IMG/VR virus record: IMGVR_UViG_3300017731_000001
Strand: one strand, 5' to 3'
Length of the DNA stretch: 64,000 nt
From: a virus
A model generated the notes under the pieces. It had not been told where the DNA came from. It saw only the letters and a list, made by a program, of their open reading frames with translations, and made no database searches. Shown here in pieces: positions 10,686-20,344 of this stretch. Position numbers and translations under genes: made by a program. Every line of letters begins with the position of its first letter. Position 1 is the stretch's first letter.

Positions 10686-12233
10686 ATGGCTGCGGTAGTA
10701 ACAGATCAATTTAGAATATCAAATGCAAATAATTTTGTAGACTCTGTAGCAAATACGAGCAATTCTTATTATGTATTTTTAGGATTACCAAATCCAGCTA
10801 ATCCAGTATCTGGTTTTGGTAGAACTACTTCAGATACTGAATGGAATAGTAATACTCCAACTCCAACAGATAATTTGCAGTTTACTTCACAATATAGAGA
10901 TACTGCTTTATTTGGAAAAAAAGTGACAACATCTAATGTTAGAAGACTTATACGAAAAGTTAATTGGGCTTCTAATACTAGATATGACATGTACAGGCAT
11001 GATTATAGTATTTCAAATCCTGCCCCCAATTCCAATCTAAGTAGATTATATGATACGAATTATTATGTGATTAATAGTGACTTTAGAGTTTATATTTGTA
11101 TCGATAATGGTTCTTCAGGTTCTAATTTGAAAGGAAATGTATCAAAGGATGAACCAACATTTACTGACTTAGAACCATCAGCAGCTGGAACTAGTGGTGA
11201 TGGATATATTTGGAAATATCTTTTTTCAGTAGCTCCTAGCGATATTATAAAATTTGATTCTACCGAGTATGTTGTAGTCCCTAATGACTGGGCAACAACA
11301 ACAGATACCCAAATTCAAAGTATTAGAGAAGCAGGTGATTCTGATATAAATTTGAATCAGATTAAGAAAATATACATTGCTAATGGTGGATCTAATTACA
11401 CCTCCGGAATTGTGGCAATTAACGGTGATGGAAGTGGTGCCAAAGCATTAATTGATGTAAATTCTTCCGGAACAATAACTTCTGCCACTGTAACTGCTGG
11501 TGGTAGTGGATATACTTATGGAATAGTCGATTTAGGATCTCTTCAACCTTCCGGAACATTGGCAGATCCTGCAAATTTAATACCAATTATTCCACCATCA
11601 AGAGGTCATGGTTATGATATCTATACTGAATTAGGTACAGATAAAATATTAATCTATGCCAGATTTGATGATTCGAATAGGGATTTTCCAATTGACACCA
11701 AATTTACTCAAATTGGAGTATTAAAAAATCCGCAACAATATTCATCTGCTACAATATATACTGCCAATCAATATTCATCTTTATTTTCAGTAAGATTGAA
11801 TTCAGTTACATCAACTCCAGTTGTAGGTGCAGCAATGTCACAATCGGTAAGTGGAGGTGCTGCTAAAGGATATGTTGCATCATATGACGATGAAACTAAA
11901 GTATTAAAATATTTTCAAGATAGATCATTATACTTTGGAAATACAAAAGATCATACTGACATTGATAATGTTAGTAGTAATAGTAAATTATTATCTTTTG
12001 AATCTTCAGGTAATAATATTTCCCCATTTACAGGATCAATTGATACTGGATTTTCTGGAATTAAAACAACCATAAATTCTAAGGAAATTGATTTGGGAGT
12101 CAATTTTACAAATGGACTTGCAAATCCCGAGATAAATAAGAAGACAGGGGAAATCATTTACATTGATAATAGACCTCTAATTCAAAGAGATTCTCGCCAA
12201 AAAGAAGACGTTAAAATTATTCTGGAATTCTAA
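10686..12233 (+). CDS. gp8: Baseplate wedge subunit gp8
   Basis: YDMYRHDY, YRVYIC-like FRVYICIDNG, DGYIWKYLF and C-terminal IIYIDNR...QKEDVKIILEF motifs typical of gp8; synteny. Confidence 0.9.
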   Translation: MAAVVTDQFRISNANNFVDSVANTSNSYYVFLGLPNPANPVSGFGRTTSDTEWNSNTPTPTDNLQFTSQYRDTALFGKKVTTSNVRRLIRKVNWASNTRYDMYRHDYSISNPAPNSNLSRLYDTNYYVINSDFRVYICIDNGSSGSNLKGNVSKDEPTFTDLEPSAAGTSGDGYIWKYLFSVAPSDIIKFDSTEYVVVPNDWATTTDTQIQSIREAGDSDINLNQIKKIYIANGGSNYTSGIVAINGDGSGAKALIDVNSSGTITSATVTAGGSGYTYGIVDLGSLQPSGTLADPANLIPIIPPSRGHGYDIYTELGTDKILIYARFDDSNRDFPIDTKFTQIGVLKNPQQYSSATIYTANQYSSLFSVRLNSVTSTPVVGAAMSQSVSGGAAKGYVASYDDETKVLKYFQDRSLYFGNTKDHTDIDNVSSNSKLLSFESSGNNISPFTGSIDTGFSGIKTTINSKEIDLGVNFTNGLANPEINKKTGEIIYIDNRPLIQRDSRQKEDVKIILEF

Positions 12234-12239
12234 AGAAAA

Positions 12240-15200
12240 ATGTCACAAAAAACAAACTTAAATATCAATCCATATTATGATGACTATGATTCTGAAAAGA
12301 ATTTTTATAAGGTCTTATTTAAACCAGGATTTCCAGTTCAAGCAAGAGAATTAACAACGTTACAATCTGTTCTGCAGGGACAGGTAGAATCTTTTGGTAG
12401 TCATATATTTAAAGAAGGTTCAGTTGTTATACCGGGAAATATTTCTTATGATGGCCAGTTTTATGCTGTAAAACTTAATGCTACTAGTGCTGGAATTGAT
12501 GTCGCACTGTATATTGAAAATTTTATAGGTAAAAAAATAATTGGTCAAGAATCAGGCACTACTGCCAAAATTCAACAAATTGAATTTGCTGATAATAATA
12601 ATTTTGAATTTTTGACAATTTACGTAAAATATCTAGACTCTGATAACGATTTTGAATTTACTCCGTTTCAAGATGGAGAATCCTTATCTTGTGTGGATAA
12701 TGTAACTTATGGAAACACTACTATTCCTGCAGAAACAGAATTTGCATCTTTAATCGCATCAGATGCAACTGCTATTGGTTCTGCAGCTTCCATTGGTAAG
12801 GGGGTTTATTTTATTAGAGGATATTTTGTAAATGTTTCGCAGCAAACTTTACTTTTAGATAATTATACGAATACACCATCATATAGAGTTGGTTTAAAAA
12901 TTGATGAGTTAATTTTAGGGTCTAAAGATGATGAGTCTTTATTTGATAATGCAAAAGGATTTACAAATTTTGCCGCGCCAGGTGCAGATAGATTTAAAAT
13001 AAATTTAACTCTTACCAAAAAATTAATATCAGACGTTAATGATACAGATTTTGTTGAACTTTTAAGATTAAAAGATGGTAAGATTCAAAAAATTACCACA
13101 AAAACACAATATAATCAAATTCGTGATTATATGGCTGAAAGAACATATGATGAATCTGGTGATTATGCAGTAATACCATTTGATCCGTCAGTTCATAATT
13201 CATTGAATAATAGACTAGGGAATAACGGTCTTTTCTTCTCCAATGAATTAACAGAACAAAGAAATACACCATCCGAAGATTTGATGTGTTTCAAAATATC
13301 TCCAGGAAAAGCATATGGGAGGGGATATGATGTAGAAAAAGTTGGAACTACAATAATTGATGTAGACAAACCTAGAGATACACAAAAAGAATCTAACGTA
13401 ACTGTCCCATTTGAGATGGGAAATTTACTTAGAGTTAATAACGTTACTGGTGTTCCTCAAAACAAAGCAACAATTCAATTATTAAATAGAAAAACAGGTG
13501 ATACAGAATCAGTAATAGGTGACGCTAGAGTATATACCTTTAATCTTACAGATGCTGCATATTCTGGAGTAGAAACAAAGTATGATTTGAGATTATATGA
13601 TATTCAAACATATACAAAATTATCCCTCAATCAGAGCGTAGATGCCACTGATATGCCAGAGGGATCTTTTATTAAAGGTAAGAGTAGTGGTGCAAGTGGA
13701 TTTCTTGTTGGTGCTGGTGGAGGAGCGTCTGTAGGTATTTTATTGAGACAAACTTCTGGTTCTTTTGCTAAAGGAGAGCAAATAACTATTAATGGAGTTG
13801 ATTTCTCAAGAACAATTTCAGATTTTATTGAATATGGAACTCAAAATATTAAATCAGTAAAACAGGCAGCGGGTAGTGGTTTTCCTGCATTTACGGCAGA
13901 TTCAGTTCTTGAAAAATTTGATATGCCCAATGGAATATCACAAATATCAATTCCATTAGTTGGTAATTTAGGAAATACTGGTGTTTCAACAGTAACAGTA
14001 ACAGGAAACGTATTCAGTGGAATAAAAACTGATACTCTTATTTCATATCAAAGACCAGGATTTAGTACCGAAACTGTTAATAGAGTTTCTTCTATCTCTG
14101 CGGATAAACTTTCTATAGAACTTAGTCCAGTCAGTGCTGGTGCCGGAATCACTGGTGTTTATGATGGCAAGTTACCTTCTGGAAGTGGAAATCTTTTAGT
14201 TACACCACTTGCTCGTGGACCAATTATTGATAGTGAAAATGCACAGTTATTTTCACGATTGCCAGATATTAATATTTCTTCAGTAGATTTACTTAATTCA
14301 ACATTTACAGTTGTCGATCAAATAACTGGAGAATCTACCGATTCTTCTGGCACATTGACATTTGATCTTTCAAGTATTTCTGGAATAACCAGTGCTTCTT
14401 TTGCAACTTTTGATCAGGAGAGATATGGCGTTCATTATTCTACCGGAATAGCAGGAACAATTACAAGTGATACTTTTGATTTAACAAATAATGTCGTAAC
14501 AATTAAAGGATTGAGAGCAAGTCAATCAAATATTATTGTAAATACAACTCTTACTAAATTTGGAGTTCAAAGTAAGATTAAGCAATATAATAGAAGTCAG
14601 ACATTAAATATAACAAGATCAAAATATTCCGATTCTGGAGTTGGTATTAATACTTCCAACAATGATGGACTCAATTTTAATACTCAATATGGATTAAGAG
14701 TTCAGGATGAAGAAATTTCTTTAAACTATCCAGATGTTGCAAAAGTTATAGTAATTTATGAATCTTTGGGAACAGGAAATCCCACTTTAGATAAATTTCA
14801 GTTTACTTCAACCGCTAATGTTCAAACGAATGCAATAATTGGGGAAAATATAGTAGGAAATTCTAGTAATGCGATTGCTAGAGTTGTTTCATCTCCATCT
14901 GCAAATAATTTAGAGTTAGTATATTTGTCCGACGATGTATTTAATGTTGGCGAAACAGTAACTTTCCAAGAATCAAATATAATTACAGAAATAGAAACTA
15001 TTACATTGGGAAGTTATAAAGATGTAACTCAATTATTTAAATTGAATAAGGGACAGAAGGATGAATATTATGATTATTCCAGAATTGTTAGAAATAAAAA
15101 TGTTCCAGAACCAACTCGTAGATTATTAGTCATCTTCGATTATTATTCTGTGCCATCTGATGATAATGGAGATGCATTTACTGTATTGAGTTATGATGAA

Positions 15201-18200
15201 GAAAGATTTGCACAAGATATACCAACCATAGGTCGTTATAGAATAAGAGCAACGGACACTTTAGATTTCCGTCCAAGAGTATCCGTATTTGATCCAACTA
15301 CTGCAACAATTTCTCCGTTTGATTTTAGTTCTAGAAGTTTTGATTCGGTTCCAAAACTTTTAATGGCACCTGGAGAAGGGTCCATTGTAGGGTATGAGTA
15401 TTATCTTCCTAGAATTGATAAATTATATATTGATAAATATGGAACTTTTATTGTTGAAAAAGGAATATCATCAAAGTATCCCAAAGCACCCACTAAAAAT
15501 GATGCATTGTTAGAAATTGCTAGCATCAATCTTCCACCTTACTTATATGTTCCACAAAATGCTTCTATAACTCTGATTGATAATAGAAGATTTACCATGA
15601 GAGACATTGGTGATATTGAAGATCGGGTTGAAAATTTGGAAAGAATAACTTCATTATCGTTATTAGAGTTAAATACACAGACGTTACAAATTAGAGATGC
15701 TGACGGAAAAAATAGATTTAAAAGTGGATTCTTTGTTGACGATTTTAAAAATTATTCTTTAATTGACAGACCATTATCTTCTATACAAATTAATCCAACA
15801 GCAGAAGAATTAATACCAATTATTAGTAGAAATTCTCTTAAATCACAAATTGCACAAATTGATGATATTATCCCTCAAAGTTTAGATTTTATTAGTAATT
15901 TTGATTTATTAGATCCAAATGTTCAGAAGACTGGAGATTCGGTAACTTTAAAGTATGACGAGATAGATTGGATTGAACAACCAATAGCAACTACAGTAGA
16001 AAATGTTAATCCATTTCATGTTGTTGTATATACTGGAGATATTGAATTGAATCCAGCAGTTGATACTTGGGTTAGAACTATTCAACTTCCAGATAGAAGT
16101 ATTAGAACTTCCACCAGTAGATCTAGAACTCTTACACAAAATCTTACCAGCAGGATAAATTTAAATCTAGGCACAGCATCGATTGATGGTCAAACCACTA
16201 CTAACACTAATCTGGACCGTATAGGAACAAGAGATCTTAGATTAGTTCACAGAACTGGAGTAAGAACTAATGTAAGAAACCAAAATCTCAGTGCCAGTAG
16301 TTCAAGTTTTGATTCTAGCACAACTGTTGATACTATTAGTTTTGATGATATTAGTATTAGGAATGAACATATTTCATCTTCGGATGAAGTATTCATGAGA
16401 TCTAGAAATACTGAATTTTTAGTATCTAATCTCAAACCATCCACAAGATTCTATCAATTTCTTGATGGAAACAGTGGCGTTGATTTTATTCCAAAATTAA
16501 TTGAAATTGCAAATAGTGAATCTTTGGCAACTTACGGAACTTCCAATGGTTCTTTCGTAATTGGAGAGACGGTAGTTGGATCTGCCGCAGGTGCAGGTGG
16601 AATTGGTCCATCTATTTCATTCAGAGTTGCTACACCAAATCATAAATATGGAGGATTTAATAATCCGTCATCAGTATTTAATGTAAATCCATATGTAACC
16701 TCAGAGTCTATACCCTCAACATATAGTCAATCCTCCAAAATTCTCAATGTTGATACTTCTTCTTTATCTGAAGAAGCACAGGGATTATATTCTGGTTATA
16801 TTATACAAGGAATGAAATTAGTTGGTCAAACTAGCGGCGCAATTGCATATGTAAAAGATATTAGATTAATTTCAGATAACTATGGAGATTTAATAGGATC
16901 CTTCTTTATAAGAGATCCAAATGCAATACCAGTCCCTTCAGTTAGACTCCAGACTGGAACAAAGACATTTAAAGTTACTTCTAGTGCTTCAAATGATTTG
17001 GGTCTTCCAGGAAGCAATTCAGTTTCTTTTGCAGAAGCAAATTATAGTTCTACAGGTTCTTTAGAGCAGTGGCAAAATGAAGTTACTACTCGCACTGATA
17101 ACCTTACAACTACATCCGTAATAAATCTTAGAACTCAAGCATCCGCATCTCTAGCAATTTCACAATCAGACACTGTAATTACTGAAACATATTCTGATCC
17201 ATTAGCTCAAACATTTATTGTTGGAGGAAATGTAGAGGCACCATCAGATATTGATACTAGTGAAGATATAAATGGAGCATTCTTAACTGCTGTTGATATT
17301 TTCTTTGCCAGAATAGACGAAGGAAACTCTCCAGTTAAAATTCAAATCAGAACTACAGAATTAGGATTCCCAACTAGAACTGTTTTGGGAAAAACAGTCA
17401 CTTTAAGACCTACAACTGTCGATGCTAATGGCAATATTGTAAAAAATATTCAAACATCAGATACTGGAGATATTGCTACAAAAGTAATATTCCCAGAACC
17501 TATTTTTCTACCACCCGGAAGAGAATATGCTGTTGTTCTCTTGGCACCAACTAGTGATGAATATGAAGTGTGGACGGCCACCATGGGCGAAACTTCTGTA
17601 GCATCTGTCAATCTTCCACCAAATTCAAATGCACAAAGTGCTGTTTATTCAAGACAATTTGCGCTTGGAAGTTTATTCAAATCTCAAAATGGATCTATTT
17701 GGACTCCTAATCAGTATCAAGATCTTAAATTTAAACTTTATAAAGCACAATTTACTTCTCAAACAGGAACAGCATTCTTCTACAATCCAGTATTGGATAA
17801 GAGTAATGATTATGTTTCTAAATTATCTATCGATCCGGTAAGAACTTTACCAAAAACTGGAACAATTGGTATTACCACCATCAGCGGATCTTCTGCTAAT
17901 ATTGGAATACTGACCACAGGAAGAAAACTTGCAGGTGCCAATAATACTAATGGATCTGCAATTGTTGTCGGTAGAGGAAGTTCTATAACAACATTAGGTG
18001 TGACTGAAGGTGGTTCTGGTTATGTGGTAGATTCTAGTGTAAATACTTTTAATGTAGTCGGTGGTGGTTCTGGATTAAAATTAAATATTAGTGGTATTAA
18101 TGCTGATACCGGTGCAATTACTGGTATTGCTGCAGCATCCGCAAAAGAAGATCGTGGTAATGGATATAAAATAGGTGATGTTGTTGGTATTGTTACCTCA

Positions 18201-19772
18201 ACTGTTTCTAGTTCAACTGGAAAAGATGCGAGAATTACAATTACCGGAATTTCAACAGATGTTGATACACTTTATGTTTCGAATGTTCAAGGAGAATTTG
18301 GTTCTAGTGGTACTGGAAAAGCATTTACAGTAGGCGCTGGAATAAGTTACTTTGCTAATGATGGAACATTAACTTCTATAGGAACTAATGATATATTAAC
18401 TGTTACTGGAACAGGTGGTGTATATTCTGGAAACTATATGAGGGTAAATCATTTCAATCATGGAATGTACTCCAATACAAATAAGGTGATATTGAGTGAT
18501 GTTCAGTCTAATATTGAACCGACAACTTTATCTGCAACATTATCAGTTAGCGATATTACTAGTGTCAGCGTAGCAAACACTAGCAACTTTACCACGTTTG
18601 AAGGTGTGGATGTAAGTGCATCAAATCCGGGATACATTAAAATAAATAATGAAATTATTACTTATGATGGTGTAGGTTCTGGATCACTTTCAATTGCTAG
18701 TGATGGAAGAGCAACGGATTCTACTATTGCAGAATTGCATGATATTAATAACATCGTTTATAAGTATGAACTTAATGGAATCTCTTTGAGAAGAATAAAT
18801 AAAACTCACACTATTGCGGAACCAATTGAAATTGACAATTATAGTATTGTTGTTGATGTATCCGCAAATGGGGTTGATAGAAGTGTTGATGGAACTCCTG
18901 AAGGAATGCCGCAACTTAATTTCTCTAATGAAGCATCTACTGGCGGAAATGCTATTAGAGCAACAGAAAATATTCTGTATGATTCTATAGTTCCAACTTA
19001 TGACATAATTACTCCAGGTTCTTCTACTTCCATAAATGGGACAATAAGAACTATTAGTGGAACTAGTGTTGATGGAAATGAATCTTCATTCAATGATAAT
19101 GGATTTGAACCAATTGGGATAAATGTGTTAAATACTTTGAATTCTCCGAGAATTGTTTGTTCTGAAGTAAATGAAAAACAATTCTTACCAAATCTCCCCA
19201 AAAACAAATCTTTTACAACAGGAATAACTTTAAATTCTAATGATTCTAATTTATCTCCACAAATAAATTTAGATACTGCATTTACAGAGTTTAGATTTAG
19301 TCGTTTTAATAAACCAGTTATCGATTATGCGTCTGATGGTAGAGTCAAATCAATTTTCAATGATCCACACTCTGCAATATATGTTTCTAACACTGTATTT
19401 TTGTCAAATCCTGCTACATCACTCAAAGTAATTTTAAATGCATATAGACATCAATCTGCAGACTTTAGAGTTCTTTATAATTTAATAAGATCAGATTCTG
19501 GGGAAGTTGATCAAACATTTGAATTATTCCCTGGATATGATAATTTAACTTTTACTGATGATCTTGGATATACTATCATAGATTCATCTAAGAATAGTGG
19601 ACTACCGGATAAGTTTGTTCCAGCAAGTTTGTCTAATCAATTTTTAGAATATGATTTTACTGCAAATGAATTGCCATTGTTCATTGGATACACAATTAAA
19701 ATTGTAATGTCTGGTACTAATCAGGCATATCCCCCAAGAATTAGTGAATTGAGGACTATAGCAGTAAGATGA
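12240..19772 (+). CDS. Large VrlC-like (DUF4815-like) virion structural protein, 2510 aa
   Basis: N-terminal NPYYDDYD...VLFKPGFPVQARELT, APGADR, ERTYDESGDY and RFKSGFFVDDF, DPLAQTF motifs; position after gp8. Confidence 0.8.
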   Translation: MSQKTNLNINPYYDDYDSEKNFYKVLFKPGFPVQARELTTLQSVLQGQVESFGSHIFKEGSVVIPGNISYDGQFYAVKLNATSAGIDVALYIENFIGKKIIGQESGTTAKIQQIEFADNNNFEFLTIYVKYLDSDNDFEFTPFQDGESLSCVDNVTYGNTTIPAETEFASLIASDATAIGSAASIGKGVYFIRGYFVNVSQQTLLLDNYTNTPSYRVGLKIDELILGSKDDESLFDNAKGFTNFAAPGADRFKINLTLTKKLISDVNDTDFVELLRLKDGKIQKITTKTQYNQIRDYMAERTYDESGDYAVIPFDPSVHNSLNNRLGNNGLFFSNELTEQRNTPSEDLMCFKISPGKAYGRGYDVEKVGTTIIDVDKPRDTQKESNVTVPFEMGNLLRVNNVTGVPQNKATIQLLNRKTGDTESVIGDARVYTFNLTDAAYSGVETKYDLRLYDIQTYTKLSLNQSVDATDMPEGSFIKGKSSGASGFLVGAGGGASVGILLRQTSGSFAKGEQITINGVDFSRTISDFIEYGTQNIKSVKQAAGSGFPAFTADSVLEKFDMPNGISQISIPLVGNLGNTGVSTVTVTGNVFSGIKTDTLISYQRPGFSTETVNRVSSISADKLSIELSPVSAGAGITGVYDGKLPSGSGNLLVTPLARGPIIDSENAQLFSRLPDINISSVDLLNSTFTVVDQITGESTDSSGTLTFDLSSISGITSASFATFDQERYGVHYSTGIAGTITSDTFDLTNNVVTIKGLRASQSNIIVNTTLTKFGVQSKIKQYNRSQTLNITRSKYSDSGVGINTSNNDGLNFNTQYGLRVQDEEISLNYPDVAKVIVIYESLGTGNPTLDKFQFTSTANVQTNAIIGENIVGNSSNAIARVVSSPSANNLELVYLSDDVFNVGETVTFQESNIITEIETITLGSYKDVTQLFKLNKGQKDEYYDYSRIVRNKNVPEPTRRLLVIFDYYSVPSDDNGDAFTVLSYDEERFAQDIPTIGRYRIRATDTLDFRPRVSVFDPTTATISPFDFSSRSFDSVPKLLMAPGEGSIVGYEYYLPRIDKLYIDKYGTFIVEKGISSKYPKAPTKNDALLEIASINLPPYLYVPQNASITLIDNRRFTMRDIGDIEDRVENLERITSLSLLELNTQTLQIRDADGKNRFKSGFFVDDFKNYSLIDRPLSSIQINPTAEELIPIISRNSLKSQIAQIDDIIPQSLDFISNFDLLDPNVQKTGDSVTLKYDEIDWIEQPIATTVENVNPFHVVVYTGDIELNPAVDTWVRTIQLPDRSIRTSTSRSRTLTQNLTSRINLNLGTASIDGQTTTNTNLDRIGTRDLRLVHRTGVRTNVRNQNLSASSSSFDSSTTVDTISFDDISIRNEHISSSDEVFMRSRNTEFLVSNLKPSTRFYQFLDGNSGVDFIPKLIEIANSESLATYGTSNGSFVIGETVVGSAAGAGGIGPSISFRVATPNHKYGGFNNPSSVFNVNPYVTSESIPSTYSQSSKILNVDTSSLSEEAQGLYSGYIIQGMKLVGQTSGAIAYVKDIRLISDNYGDLIGSFFIRDPNAIPVPSVRLQTGTKTFKVTSSASNDLGLPGSNSVSFAEANYSSTGSLEQWQNEVTTRTDNLTTTSVINLRTQASASLAISQSDTVITETYSDPLAQTFIVGGNVEAPSDIDTSEDINGAFLTAVDIFFARIDEGNSPVKIQIRTTELGFPTRTVLGKTVTLRPTTVDANGNIVKNIQTSDTGDIATKVIFPEPIFLPPGREYAVVLLAPTSDEYEVWTATMGETSVASVNLPPNSNAQSAVYSRQFALGSLFKSQNGSIWTPNQYQDLKFKLYKAQFTSQTGTAFFYNPVLDKSNDYVSKLSIDPVRTLPKTGTIGITTISGSSANIGILTTGRKLAGANNTNGSAIVVGRGSSITTLGVTEGGSGYVVDSSVNTFNVVGGGSGLKLNISGINADTGAITGIAAASAKEDRGNGYKIGDVVGIVTSTVSSSTGKDARITITGISTDVDTLYVSNVQGEFGSSGTGKAFTVGAGISYFANDGTLTSIGTNDILTVTGTGGVYSGNYMRVNHFNHGMYSNTNKVILSDVQSNIEPTTLSATLSVSDITSVSVANTSNFTTFEGVDVSASNPGYIKINNEIITYDGVGSGSLSIASDGRATDSTIAELHDINNIVYKYELNGISLRRINKTHTIAEPIEIDNYSIVVDVSANGVDRSVDGTPEGMPQLNFSNEASTGGNAIRATENILYDSIVPTYDIITPGSSTSINGTIRTISGTSVDGNESSFNDNGFEPIGINVLNTLNSPRIVCSEVNEKQFLPNLPKNKSFTTGITLNSNDSNLSPQINLDTAFTEFRFSRFNKPVIDYASDGRVKSIFNDPHSAIYVSNTVFLSNPATSLKVILNAYRHQSADFRVLYNLIRSDSGEVDQTFELFPGYDNLTFTDDLGYTIIDSSKNSGLPDKFVPASLSNQFLEYDFTANELPLFIGYTIKIVMSGTNQAYPPRISELRTIAVR

Positions 19773-19981
19773 TTAAAGTTAAAGGTTATCAAAATTTATA
19801 TCGTGATGAAACAAGTGGAGCTATAATTAATACTGATTCTATGGCATATAATCAGTATGTAAGTTCTTTGGAACAAAGAAATCTCCAAAAAAGAGAAATC
19901 TCTGAAATGAAAAATGATATTAACGAGATAAAATCTCTTCTCAGAAATTTATTGATGAATTCTGAGAATATAAATATCTAA
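19769..19981 (+). CDS. Small hypothetical protein (coiled-coil C-terminus)
   Basis: ATGA overlap with the upstream stop; LYRDETSGAIIN motif. Confidence 0.7.
   Translation: MIKVKGYQNLYRDETSGAIINTDSMAYNQYVSSLEQRNLQKREISEMKNDINEIKSLLRNLLMNSENINI
19969..19976 (+). promoter_or_regulatory. Late promoter TATAAATA
   Basis: Exact consensus 32 nt upstream of the 20009 ATG. Confidence 0.8.
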
Positions 19982-20008
19982 AGATAAGATAGCATAATTT
20001 TTTGAATA

Positions 20009-20344
20009 ATGGCAGTATTTGTATCTAACATCACGATTGAACAAGGTTTCGACTTTGATACTTCTTTTCAGTTAGAAGATACCAGAACAAACACCCCATT
20101 GGTTTTAACCGGTGCTGCGACAGAAGGCATGTTGAGAAAAAGTTACACTAGTGCAAGTGCCGTTTCCTTTGCTTCTACAGTCTCTGACGATGTTAATGGG
20201 ATTATTTCAATATCTCTAACATCTTCGCAAACAGTAGGACTAAAAGCAGGAAGATATGTATATGATGTAAAAATAACTAGTGCCGGAAAAGAATATAAAG
20301 CTGTTGAAGGGTCAGCATTAGTAAGAGCCGGAGTCACTAGGTAA
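20009..20344 (+). CDS. Small virion structural protein (Ig-like, probable baseplate/fibre-associated)
   Basis: IEQGFDF...LKAGRYVYDV...VEGSALVRAGVTR pattern; follows a late promoter. Confidence 0.65.
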   Translation: MAVFVSNITIEQGFDFDTSFQLEDTRTNTPLVLTGAATEGMLRKSYTSASAVSFASTVSDDVNGIISISLTSSQTVGLKAGRYVYDVKITSAGKEYKAVEGSALVRAGVTR